Assembly: GCF_964204645.1 (NCBI RefSeq)
Contig: NC_134028.1
Coordinates: 11,889,263-11,953,262 of the forward strand
Direction: 5' to 3'
DNA from: Tubulanus polymorphus
Lineage: Eukaryota; Animalia; Nemertea
Length of the DNA stretch: 64,000 bases
The translations under genes and the position numbers were made by a program. The notes beneath the pieces are model-generated. The model was not told where the DNA came from. It did no database searches and worked only from the letters and a program-made list of their open reading frames with translations. Below, piece by piece: positions 11,441 to 22,100 of the stretch. Each line of letters starts with the position of its first letter. Position 1 is the stretch's first letter.

Positions 11441-12688
11441 CTAATATTGAATACTATCTAATTGTGAATTTACAATATTTAATTGTGCGTCAGATATAAT
11501 ATAAATGTGCATTTTAAAATTTTTGATTCCTTTATTCTTTTTCATGAATAATTGTATTCCATCTTTAGTGTTTTGTAGTTTTTTTCCAGAACCATGTAAT
11601 GAATTATCTTCAGTTGTTCTAAAATCTAACCATAATGCATATTTATTACCGGTATAATAATCAATTTGATTAATATTACAATTTTCAGATGATTTTACTT
11701 TTTCATTCATAAAATGTTTTTTAATTTCTACCCATTGATCTATCATTCTCATTCCTTGACAAAATATTTTATTTGCTATTCCTTCGATAGTTATTTCTAC
11801 TTTTGTTATTTCAGGATTATAATAATTGTCAACATTTATTGCGCCATTAGTATACGTTCCAATGGTAAAAAATATTAATATACCTTTAATAGATCTTCTA
11901 GGGAAGTTAATATTCTCATTAATTATTTCATCATTTGCATTAATAGTTACAGTTTTAAATTTATCAATATAATCATATAATAATGAAAATCCTTGATTGT
12001 ATTGAGTTTGAATTATGCTAGCAATATTTTCATTAGTTACTGTGTTATATTCTAAACATATATTCGATAATTTATAACTCATATCTTTATTAACGCTAGA
12101 TAATACAATTTCATTTACAGGAGCAAATGTTATCTCAAATATAATATCTTCTTGAATTGCGTATTTATATAAAGGTGCATTATTATTTATCAATTCAAAG
12201 TCTAATGGAATTTTATATTTGCTTCCATATATACTTTTTATCAATTTATCTACATCATTAGTTAATATTGCATTATTAGCTTCTGATCTTAATTTATTTT
12301 GGTTTTCTGATTGAATTCCTTGAAATATCATATTATTTCTATTTTCTTTAGTTAACCATAAATCTTTATAATGCATAAATAAATTATAATCATCTAATGA
12401 GAAAACTGTTTCTGGACCAATCTTTATTGTTAATTTTTTAATCAAATATCTTCCAACATTATCAACAACATAATTATTATTATTACCGATTACTTTTATA
12501 TCAGCTGATAAATAAATACTGTTTGGAACATAAAAAGTATTTTGTGTTAATCTAGGAATTCTAACATATAAAGTTTCATCAGGATTAATATTAGAAGGGT
12601 TATGAGTAATTATATGATGTGATCTTTCTGCTTTAATAGCATTAGATATTCTATGATTCTTCGAAGGACTTATATAACTCCCACTCAT
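11441..12688 (-). CDS. Putative double jelly-roll major capsid protein
   Basis: 415 aa, beta-strand-rich, next to the integrase and ATPase, and retained in all copies. The fold is inferred from context and resemblance, not computed. Confidence 0.72.
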   Translation of the reverse strand: MSGSYISPSKNHRISNAIKAERSHHIITHNPSNINPDETLYVRIPRLTQNTFYVPNSIYLSADIKVIGNNNNYVVDNVGRYLIKKLTIKIGPETVFSLDDYNLFMHYKDLWLTKENRNNMIFQGIQSENQNKLRSEANNAILTNDVDKLIKSIYGSKYKIPLDFELINNNAPLYKYAIQEDIIFEITFAPVNEIVLSSVNKDMSYKLSNICLEYNTVTNENIASIIQTQYNQGFSLLYDYIDKFKTVTINANDEIINENINFPRRSIKGILIFFTIGTYTNGAINVDNYYNPEITKVEITIEGIANKIFCQGMRMIDQWVEIKKHFMNEKVKSSENCNINQIDYYTGNKYALWLDFRTTEDNSLHGSGKKLQNTKDGIQLFMKKNKGIKNFKMHIYIISDAQLNIVNSQLDSIQY

Positions 12689-12712
12689 TTATTTAACAAA
12701 AAAATTAATTAT

Positions 12713-14149
12713 TTATTTTTTTGATATCATATTTACTAAACCAAAAATAATAGCACTTACAACTGTAATTAAAAATAAAATAATATGTTCAGCAGCAAAG
12801 TTAATAATGTTTCCTGCAGATTTCAATATAAAACCAACAATTGAAGCAATAATTCCTGGTAATGCTGCAGCAGATTTTTTAGATAGTTCCCATAAATATT
12901 TTGCTAATTTTTTTAAACCATCCTTAACTTTATCTTGTATAGAATTATTACCTGGAGGTTTATCTGGTTTGTTAGGAGTGGGAGTAGGAGTAGATTTCAA
13001 AGCATTTGATATTGCTAAACCAATTGTTGTAAATAACATAGTTACAGCTGTTAGAATTGAAAGAATTGTTATTCCTTCTAATTTAAATAATAACTTTATT
13101 CTATCTTTCAATAATATTTCAGAATTTGGTTTAATTAACAAATCTTTAAAAATAACTTTTAATCTATTAATATTATAATCATATGATTTTAACAATAATT
13201 TAATTTCTTCTTTTTGTAATTCTACGTTATATTCTAAATCATCTTTTTCTTTTTCTAAACGTAATTCTTTTTGCCTATATTCTATTTCATCAATTACTTG
13301 ATGATCTAAATCAGACTTTAGTTGTTCTATTTCTTTATTTTTATCAGTTAATTCTTTTTCTAAAGTTCTAATTTTAAAATCTCTTATACTTTTATTATGT
13401 GCAATTTTATCAGATGCAAGTCTTATACTAATAATTTCTCTAATTGCTTTATCAGAAAATATATCTAAATCTTCTAATTCTTGATCTGTTGCATCAAGTA
13501 ATCCATTCGGTAAAAGTTTTTCAATTGGAACTTTATTTGATTTAAGTTTACTATTTTTGGAAGTTATATTCTGTTCAGAAGTTGTTTCTGTTTCTGATTT
13601 CTTTTTGATTATTTCAAATAATTCATTAATTCTTTGTTTAAATACATCTATATTATCATCTATTTCTTTTTGTGTAACATCAGTTATTTCATTACTATTA
13701 CTTATTATTTTAATTCTATCTGGTTTTAATTTTTCTAAAGTTGATTCTGATAATATTTTATTTTTATTATTTTTATAAGTGATATCAATATAATAATCAC
13801 CTTTCAAACGATAATAACATTTACCATTATTTAAAAATTTTAATTGATCTGCTAAAAGTGCAACGTCTTCATCATTTATGTTAAAATTAGATTTTTCAAT
13901 TAAATCTTCTAATTTAGGTATTTTGTTTAAATTATCTAAATCTTGTTTTACTAAATCTGGGTCTAAACTTTCAGGATTTAATTGTGATTCAGCATTTTTA
14001 ATATAATCAGGCATATTCAAATTATTATTATATTCTGGTTCATTACCATCATTAAAACTTGTTTCATCAAAATCAGGTGGTTGTTCATCAGTTATACCAG
14101 GTTCATCAAAAGGATCCATTCAAATATCTTCTACACCTTCTACATCCAT
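12713..14149 (-). CDS. About 478-aa coiled-coil, multi-TM membrane protein; TGA at codon 10 in this copy (ORF track starts at 14119)
   Basis: TAAATG start at 14149 reads MDVEGVEDI*M, whereas copy 3 (38789) reads MDVEGGEDIGM. Acidic N-terminus, heptad-rich middle, TM, PTPTP linker and two further hydrophobic helices. Confidence 0.78.
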
Positions 14150-14166
14150 TTATATAATAAAAAAAA

Positions 14167-15555
14167 TTAAAATTTAAAATATAATATTCCTCCTATAACA
14201 ATTCCTATACAAGTTATAGCTAATTTAGTATTTTCATGGAATTTATTATCATCATTTAGTTTAATTATATCATGTTGAATTTTATCAGTTCTATTATTTT
14301 CTGATGTATTGTAATCTTTTATTTTAGAATCATTATTTAATTTAATATTCTTAGTTTTAGTTTCTGTTGATTGAATATGTTTTTTATTTTTTTCACCTTC
14401 CATTAATTTTGGAGCAGTGATAATCTTTTTATTTATATCATTCAATCCAAATGAATTATTTATTGTTGCAGTTTTAATTAGATTATTATAACCAATTATA
14501 TTTCCCATCTTCAATACTAAATCATTAGAAATAATTAATAGATTAGGGCCTATACAATAATTTAATCTAATATGTGATTTATCTAAATAATTTTGATATC
14601 TTATAATGTTTTCTGGAATCGATCTATTTTTATCATTATGTATGGAATCTTCAAATAATACTTTGAATTGTTTTTGTGTATCGAATGATGTATTCAAATT
14701 TCCAATTATCGGTGATCTTGTTTCAACTTGTGATCCTAGAATACAAATCAAATAAGTTCTAACAGATTGATTTATTCTTTCTATACCTGATTTAGTAAAA
14801 CCTTCACTATTTTCTAAAATAAAATAAACCCAACCATTATTGTTTTCTTGTTTTAAATTATCATAAAATTTTGGTAATTTATTGAAATTTAATGTTTCTA
14901 AATCCTTTGTTTCTATTTTACCATAACCTAATTTTTTATTATAGATATTATAAAAACTATTAGATGGTATGGGAAGTGCACAATATTCTGCAATCTTTCT
15001 AGGGCAAGGAAGTGATCTTATTGTTCCAATTTTTATTCTAAAATCAGAATTATTTATATCTATATTAAATTCATTGCAAATTTTATAAAACTTTGATAAA
15101 TTAATATTATTATCTAATTCTTTGAAATACCTAGATCCTGGTAAAGCGCACTCTAATTCATTTAATATTATTCTGATTTGAAAGTATGTATGAAATCTAA
15201 ATAAACTTTGAATTAATTTATATTTAGAATTATTTAAATGATCATTCCAACTAATTCCACATCCTGTTGTTGCACAATAAACAGCAAAATTTAATTGATT
15301 CTGCCAATACTTCATATTAGATTTTAATAACCATTGTTTTTCATCTTTCAATTTTTTAAAATTAATCAAATATACATGAAATATATTTTCCATCTTTGCA
15401 TTAAAATTATTAGTTTCAGTAACATAAATATATAAATCAATTAATGAATCTAAAACTTCATTTCTATATGTAATATCTTTATTAAAATCTATTGCTGGAA
15501 TATTATATTTAATTGATTTATTATATTGGAAAGCTTTTGGAAAACTATCTACCAT
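14167..15555 (-). CDS. 462-aa protein with C-terminal membrane anchor
   Basis: TAAATG start; C-terminal LAITCIGIVIGGILYF; intact paralogue at 37384-38772. Confidence 0.85.
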   Translation of the reverse strand: MVDSFPKAFQYNKSIKYNIPAIDFNKDITYRNEVLDSLIDLYIYVTETNNFNAKMENIFHVYLINFKKLKDEKQWLLKSNMKYWQNQLNFAVYCATTGCGISWNDHLNNSKYKLIQSLFRFHTYFQIRIILNELECALPGSRYFKELDNNINLSKFYKICNEFNIDINNSDFRIKIGTIRSLPCPRKIAEYCALPIPSNSFYNIYNKKLGYGKIETKDLETLNFNKLPKFYDNLKQENNNGWVYFILENSEGFTKSGIERINQSVRTYLICILGSQVETRSPIIGNLNTSFDTQKQFKVLFEDSIHNDKNRSIPENIIRYQNYLDKSHIRLNYCIGPNLLIISNDLVLKMGNIIGYNNLIKTATINNSFGLNDINKKIITAPKLMEGEKNKKHIQSTETKTKNIKLNNDSKIKDYNTSENNRTDKIQHDIIKLNDDNKFHENTKLAITCIGIVIGGILYFKF

Positions 15556-15571
15556 TTATATAATTAAAAAA

Positions 15572-16006
15572 TTAATAATTTATTAATTCTTTTAATAATT
15601 TATCTTGTTCTTCAACTGTTATATGACCATTTAAACTTATTATATAATCTAGTGTGTTCTTTAATTTATTAATTTCTTTTATATTAGTTTTAATTTTTAC
15701 TTTATTACTTTTTATATTTAATTTTGAACTTATACCGGTTAAAACACTTGAACTTAATCCTAATACACCAATTGATATAGCTAAAGGTGTTAATGGACTG
15801 AATATTGCTAAAAATGTTATTACAGAACTAATTGTAACCGAACCACTTATAATAAGATAATATATAATTTTACTTTTTAAATATTTTTTCTTTTTAACTT
15901 TTAAGTCACTTTCAAATTCTAATATTTGTTTTTCTAAATATGTTTTTAATTTAGTTTTATTTATATCATGAGGAATAATATCAATACTATCAACTTTATC
16001 TTCCAT
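15572..16006 (-). CDS. 144-aa two-TM membrane protein
   Basis: Hydrophobic hairpin IIYYLIISGSVTISSVITFLAIF...LAISIGVLGL; TAAATG start. Confidence 0.8.
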   Translation of the reverse strand: MEDKVDSIDIIPHDINKTKLKTYLEKQILEFESDLKVKKKKYLKSKIIYYLIISGSVTISSVITFLAIFSPLTPLAISIGVLGLSSSVLTGISSKLNIKSNKVKIKTNIKEINKLKNTLDYIISLNGHITVEEQDKLLKELINY

Positions 16007-16025
16007 TTATTTAGAATAAAAATTA

Positions 16026-16448
16026 CTAATTAGTAAACTTATAAGCAACAAATATAACAATAACTGTTCCACCTAAAATCCAAATTATTTCATATTTCTG
16101 TTGTTCTTTACTTGGGGTATAATAATCTGATAATTTAGGTTTGTATAGATGTAATTTTTCTTTATTGGTTACTGCGTTATATAAACTCATTGCATCATCA
16201 ACTGATTGAAAATCTCTATGTGAAATCTTCTGATCATATAATTCTTTATTGATGTAATCCATATAGTTTTGTCTCTTTTCTCTATATTCTTCTGCAGCTT
16301 TATTGTATTTCTCTAACGCTAAGTTATGTCTTCTTTGTTCTCCTAATGAACTATTTTTATCAATATGTTTAAATAAATAACCACCACCAGTAAATGCTAA
16401 AGCGTTAACAATTGCTGATCCTATAATAGTTATAATTGCAGAAGCCAT
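16026..16448 (-). CDS. 140-aa membrane protein (hydrophobic N- and C-termini)
   Basis: MASAIITIIGSAIVNALAFTGGGYLF ... IIWILGGTVIVIFVAY; TAAATG start. Confidence 0.8.
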   Translation of the reverse strand: MASAIITIIGSAIVNALAFTGGGYLFKHIDKNSSLGEQRRHNLALEKYNKAAEEYREKRQNYMDYINKELYDQKISHRDFQSVDDAMSLYNAVTNKEKLHLYKPKLSDYYTPSKEQQKYEIIWILGGTVIVIFVAYKFTN

Positions 16449-16472
16449 TTATTTAACAAAAAAATTATGCAT

Positions 16473-16694
16473 TTATATGGGAGGAATATATTTTTGTTTT
16501 TCCAAATAATCAATTGTTAAATTAGATAAAGTAACTGCTAATGTTAACTTTAAAATATCATTGATATCAAATCTATCAACATTAACACTTCCCATTTTGA
16601 ATACTTTTTTTAATACCATTGAATAACCAACAGTTCCAACTGATAGTAAGGCGCCATTATATAATCCAGTTATTATCCACTTATTATCACTCAT
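16473..16694 (-). CDS. 73-aa small hydrophobic protein
   Basis: Identical in amino-acid sequence to 33461-33682 despite synonymous changes; TAAATG start. Confidence 0.85.
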   Translation of the reverse strand: MSDNKWIITGLYNGALLSVGTVGYSMVLKKVFKMGSVNVDRFDINDILKLTLAVTLSNLTIDYLEKQKYIPPI

Positions 16695-16697
16695 TTA

Positions 16698-17036
16698 TTA
16701 ATCAAAAAAATTACTATCATCAAAATATTTAGTTAACTTATTTATGATTAATTCAACATTTATTTCATTACTAGTTTTATGATTATCATATATTTTGGAT
16801 AATATGTTTTTGATATCTTCAATAATTCCATCTTCATTTAATTCATAATATTCTAAAGGTGATTTAATTAAATCAATTACTTTTTCTATATTATACTTTT
16901 CTTTATCAATCATTGACGCATTGTTAAATGATTTACTTTTTATATCAGTAATTACATCATTTAGTTTAATTCTCATTTCTTTACCATGTTTAAAATCAAA
17001 CCCAAAACATATACTCGGTCCAACAGTTATATTCAT
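16698..17036 (-). CDS. 112-aa hypothetical protein
   Basis: TAAATG start; homologues at 33121-33444 and 36478-36831. Confidence 0.78.
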   Translation of the reverse strand: MNITVGPSICFGFDFKHGKEMRIKLNDVITDIKSKSFNNASMIDKEKYNIEKVIDLIKSPLEYYELNEDGIIEDIKNILSKIYDNHKTSNEINVELIINKLTKYFDDSNFFD

Positions 17037-17052
17037 TTATATAATGAAAAAA

Positions 17053-17811
17053 TTACTCTTTACATCTTATAACTAATTCATAAATTACAGGGAAATTATT
17101 TAAATCAATTAAGTATCCATTATGATTTCTAATTTCTAATCTAAAATTATTAAAACGAGGAATGCATGGTTTGAAATCACATTCTGTTAAATTATAATTT
17201 ATTTGCGTTCCAAATTGTTTAACATTCTTCAATGGTAAAATGTTTAGTAAACCAGAATTACATGTTGTATCTTTAGTTGCTTCAAATGTTTTTGTAGGAT
17301 CGATTAAATTGCAATAAATATAAAAATGTGTAAAAGGTATTATATTTGAATTACCGTCTACGTTTCCTGTAACAATTTGTGGTTTAATTCCTAACAGTTT
17401 AGCTAAAGGTTTCCTTACCATAAATGCATGTTTGCTTTCATCATCTAACTTTATTTTAATTTTATCAGAACTATCACTTTTTATAAATCTAATTGAAAAT
17501 TTATATTCACTTCCAAGTTTTAAACGAGCTCTTTTATTAATTTCTTGGGCTAATGTTTCTAAATTATATAATCCTGGTTTTAACATTAGATAAAACCATT
17601 TATTTTTATTTTTCATATGAATTGCAAAACCTCTATGTTCGAAAGTTTTATCCGATATATTATAAAAAGAATTACATAAACTTATATTTACTAATTTCAA
17701 ATCAACGCAATTCTTAAATTCTCTATCTAATTGTACTAATAAATTATGAGATTTATAATTTGTAAGTTTTCTAGAATCAATAAATATTCTGTATTCTTTT
17801 AATTCTACCAT
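17053..17811 (-). CDS. Putative minor capsid (penton, single jelly-roll) protein
   Basis: N-terminal IFIDSR, G-x-Y (PGLYN), FYIYCNLI and C-terminal IDLNNFPVIYEL resemble Polinton/virophage penton motifs. Confidence 0.68.
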   Translation of the reverse strand: MVELKEYRIFIDSRKLTNYKSHNLLVQLDREFKNCVDLKLVNISLCNSFYNISDKTFEHRGFAIHMKNKNKWFYLMLKPGLYNLETLAQEINKRARLKLGSEYKFSIRFIKSDSSDKIKIKLDDESKHAFMVRKPLAKLLGIKPQIVTGNVDGNSNIIPFTHFYIYCNLIDPTKTFEATKDTTCNSGLLNILPLKNVKQFGTQINYNLTECDFKPCIPRFNNFRLEIRNHNGYLIDLNNFPVIYELVIRCKE

Positions 17812-17879
17812 TATTTATAACATAAAAAAATTACCGCTCATCACTAAAAATTAATTTTAATAAAATTTTTCCTTAATAA

Positions 17880-19175
17880 ATGGATGAGAAGATAGCATGC
17901 GAAATTTGTGGTGAACTTCTAAGAAAAAGTAATATGGCTCGACATATGAAAAAACATGATGAAAACTATAAACCCCCTAAAATAAACTGTCCAAATTGTA
18001 ATAAAACATTCTCTAGAAATTATTTCAAAAAACATTCAGAGAAGTGTAGAATTAATAGCGCAACGGCTAATGTTGATAGTAATTCTGTTGAAGTTGAACC
18101 TGAAGTTATTTGGAAAAGACCTTTCTTATTCTATGATAAGGATAATATAAAAGATCATTTCTGTGAGCCTTGTCGAATAAAATATAGCCCTGAAAATATA
18201 GAAGATTGGGAGAATCATCAATTTCGTAAAGCACATATAGATAAATTTTCTAATAAATTTGAAACTGAATTCAATGAAAGAAAAAATAATTTATTAGAAA
18301 AAATAAAATATGAGAAAACGTTACCAGATAATAAAGAAACAGTTGAAAAGTTAGAAAAACAATATAATGAATTAACAAGAAAAACATATTATTGTAAATA
18401 TTGTAAATTGATTATTACAACAAGTAATTCAAATCTACATAATAGAACAATAAAACATAAAGAAAACGTAAGAAAATACCAAGAGCTTAATGAAGATCTA
18501 TTACCTAGAAATTATAAACAAAAATGCCCACAATGTATTTATGCGACTTTAAGGCAAGAAGGTACTGTGTTATTTTGTGTTGAATGTGGATGGCAAAAGA
18601 ATTTATTAGGTGAAGAAAAAACTAGAAATTTTCTCATAGATCCAAAATTAAATTATCTTAATGAAATTTTTAAAATATTTTCCATGGAAGATCATACACC
18701 AGAATATATGCAATGGCTTGAAAAAATGAAAATAATAGAAAATAAAAATGGTGAAATAACTAAAAAAGATATTATAAAAACAATTATTCCACCAACATTT
18801 AACACAAAACAAAAGAAAATGTATTTATATTTATTATTTAACGATTATTATGAAAAACCTAAATTAACAGAAGATATGGAAAATATAAAAAAAATATTTA
18901 AACAAATATTAATGTATTATTTGGAAAATAGAATAACAGATTCAATAAATTATGAATTCTTTTTAAATAAGATTGTAAATTATTTAAACCTAGATATTAT
19001 AATTCCATTTGATGAATTAACAAACAAAAAGAAACAAAGAGAGCGAGATGAAATGTGGAACAAGATAGAACTTTATTTAAATGAGAAAAATGGAATGGAA
19101 GAAGAACCTGAACAATTAAATGAAAATGAAGAAGCCAATAGTGATTTCGAGTTTGATGATATAGATCCATTTTAA
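17880..19175 (+). CDS. 431-aa multi-zinc-finger protein
   Basis: CEIC...H..KH, CPNC...H..KC, CEPC...H...H, CKYC...H...H and a CPQC...CVEC ribbon. Its stop overlaps the pPolB stop on a shared TTAA (19172-19175). Confidence 0.85.
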   Translation: MDEKIACEICGELLRKSNMARHMKKHDENYKPPKINCPNCNKTFSRNYFKKHSEKCRINSATANVDSNSVEVEPEVIWKRPFLFYDKDNIKDHFCEPCRIKYSPENIEDWENHQFRKAHIDKFSNKFETEFNERKNNLLEKIKYEKTLPDNKETVEKLEKQYNELTRKTYYCKYCKLIITTSNSNLHNRTIKHKENVRKYQELNEDLLPRNYKQKCPQCIYATLRQEGTVLFCVECGWQKNLLGEEKTRNFLIDPKLNYLNEIFKIFSMEDHTPEYMQWLEKMKIIENKNGEITKKDIIKTIIPPTFNTKQKKMYLYLLFNDYYEKPKLTEDMENIKKIFKQILMYYLENRITDSINYEFFLNKIVNYLNLDIIIPFDELTNKKKQRERDEMWNKIELYLNEKNGMEEEPEQLNENEEANSDFEFDDIDPF

Positions 19176-22100
19176 TAACCATAAGGTAATGTTTTTATAC
19201 CATCATCTAAAATATGCCTTTTATCATCAAATGGATTTAAACTAGTTTTTTCAACTTCATTAATGTACATCTCATGATCTTCTGATCTTAAACAATTCAT
19301 TTTGTTTTTCATTACAATTGATTTATATAAACACTTTATATAATCTTGAAATTCTATATGTTTATCAACCACATGTTTTGTTATTCCTTTTAACTTTTTA
19401 GCTTCATGATCTTTTGTTCTGTAACTATACATTTTACTTCTTATCCCAACAAATTCAATCATTTCATCACCTTCTAATTCATCTTTAAATTTACCAGGAA
19501 TCTTTTTATTATCATTGCTAAATAGTTCATGATCTTTAGGATAATTGCTAAAATCAAAATGATGTTTTAATGTTTTTAAGTCTTTTGTTATATCATTTGT
19601 CTTGATTTTTAGTATGTAACTGTCAGTATTTTTTTGGATTAATGGGAACCCAGAATTGAATGTTCCATCATCTGTTGATAAATCATAAACATAGTCAGTT
19701 GGGTTATATATTTCAAATAAATCTTTAACTTCTTCTGTTAATTCTTTTTCTACATGCCTTAAATTAAAACAATTTGGTTTAGATTTAATTAATTCTATAT
19801 TCATATTAAATCCTAATGAACTGCATAACACATTTAACCCTGATATAGCAACTTTTCCTTTCTGTGCAAAGGTTATCGTTTTATCCTTTATAAATTTTTT
19901 AGTACCATCGGCTGCGTAGAACCCAATGAAGAACCATTTTCTAAGATTATATTCTGAATTTAATATATAATCTGGTACTATTTTTTCTTTAGTTGAAGTA
20001 TTACTTTTCACTATTGCATGAATATAGAATTCATCATTATATTCTATAGCAAAATCTTTAGGATTATTTACAAGTATTCTATAAACTGCTGATGATTTCA
20101 TAACATCCATGATTCTAAATGTTTTATGTGAATAAACTTCTTCACAGAATTTCTTAATTCTTTCTAATAATTTTAAGTCTTGATTGCATAAATACCAACA
20201 ATATTTATTACCCCAAACATATTTATACACACCTGCTGAACCATCACCCATGAAAAATCCTTTGATAAAATATTCTTTTTCTTCTAATGTTTCAGGTTCT
20301 ATATTATAAATATTATCAATTATTTCATCAAATGACATATGATTCATTCTTTGGAAAAATCTTTTATGTAATAATTCATCTCCAATTTTTATATCAGTTG
20401 GTTTTATTTCATCACCATTTCGTTTAATTAAACTATGGTCTTCTGTAACATCTACGAACCCTAATTTAGTTCTAACTCTATAGATTTTCTTATTTGTTTT
20501 ATGTCTAATAATATTCTTTAATTTTTTCCATCCATTTCTTGTCCAAACATCCATTAATCCATTTATTTGTATTAGTTCTTTTTCACCATATGAAATATAA
20601 GATTTATTTTGATTAGGAATTATTTCTGAAATTCTTCTAATTAATATTTGGTTATTGTATTTTAATAATATTGGGGTGTCAGCTGTTACAGAATCAAAAT
20701 ATAATATTTCTATATGTTTTTCTCCAAAAAGTGGTTGTAAAACATTATAATAAAAATCATACATTAATAATTTTGATATTTCTAAAACTGTTGAACCAAT
20801 GAAAATGGGTTTGTTAAATTTCATGGACGTTCTTTTTAATTTTACTGCTGTTAAATAATCTTCAAATCTTTTATTTCCTAAATGTCTAAGACTTGATTGT
20901 AAATGTCTTAATCTTTCAGAATTATTTACTAATTCAATGTCGTTTCTATTACGAATATTCTCACAAGTTTTTCCATAAAAACTATTGTTCATCAATTTGA
21001 AAAAATCTTTTTCAAAATCTGTTTTTGATATGGTTCTCTGTTGAGTATTGAAATCTATATATTTTTCTAACCACTTCGATTGATTAAATTCAATATATCT
21101 ATGTACTTTCTTTAATTTCATTCCTTGTTTTAGATAAAATTTTAACATTCTATAATGAACAATATAATTGTATTTATTATTTTGAGTAAGTATTAATTTT
21201 TCTGTAAAAACATGATCTTTCGGTTTTATTTTCTTCTGGTATTCACTTAAATAACTATCATCTACAGTTAAATGTTCTGGGCAATAAGGTAAGTTTCTTG
21301 TTTTAAACTTTATATTTTCAGGATATTCTAAATCAACTACAAAGAAATAACCAATTGGTGCTTCATCTTTTAAACTAATAATTGCGCTTTCCCAATCAGT
21401 TTTATCACCATTTTCAACTTCTGTTAATATAAAATTTTTATATGGTTGAGGTTGCATCATTGCCCAACCATATAAATTATTGGCGTCAATATATAATAAT
21501 TTATATTCATCATTTGCTTTAAAATACCTATCTCCCATAACACCACTAATTCCACCTCTAATTGATTTTTCAAATAATAAAACCATATCTGGTTCTTTTA
21601 ATAAATCTAATTCTACATTTGTATATTTTAAACCACATTGCCAGGTTAAACCAGGACTAGAGTAGCAATAACAAGGATCAACGTTAAAATGATTCAAATT
21701 AACTTCTCTAAATTTTTCAAATATGTCAGCCAATATCATAACATCTGATTTTAAATATAAATCAACTAATTCACCATGATTTTTCATCTTAAAATGGTTC
21801 CAAATATTTAATGTTCTATTAAACACTTCGTCTTTCACATACTCCTCTTTTAATTTATCATAAAATTGATCTTTTAATAATTCTGTTACATTAAAATCAT
21901 CATGTGTTTTATAAAATGAATAAGGAATTGCGCCTTTATATCTTAATAATTTAAAATCTTGGTCATTTGGATAATAATATCGAGTTATAATAAAATCATT
22001 ATCAACTAAACTTTTTGATAAATTATCTAATGAACTTGCTAGAAATCTATAAGAATCTAAAAATCTAATGCAACCAAATTGAAATGAAATATAATTTTCA

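Noticed and set aside
8388-21665. Short antisense ORFs overlapping Polinton genes (e.g. 8599-8787, 12807-13178, 13557-13778, 15654-15860, 21480-21665)
   Set aside because: Shadow frames of AT-rich genes; they lack the TAAATG start shared by the real genes.
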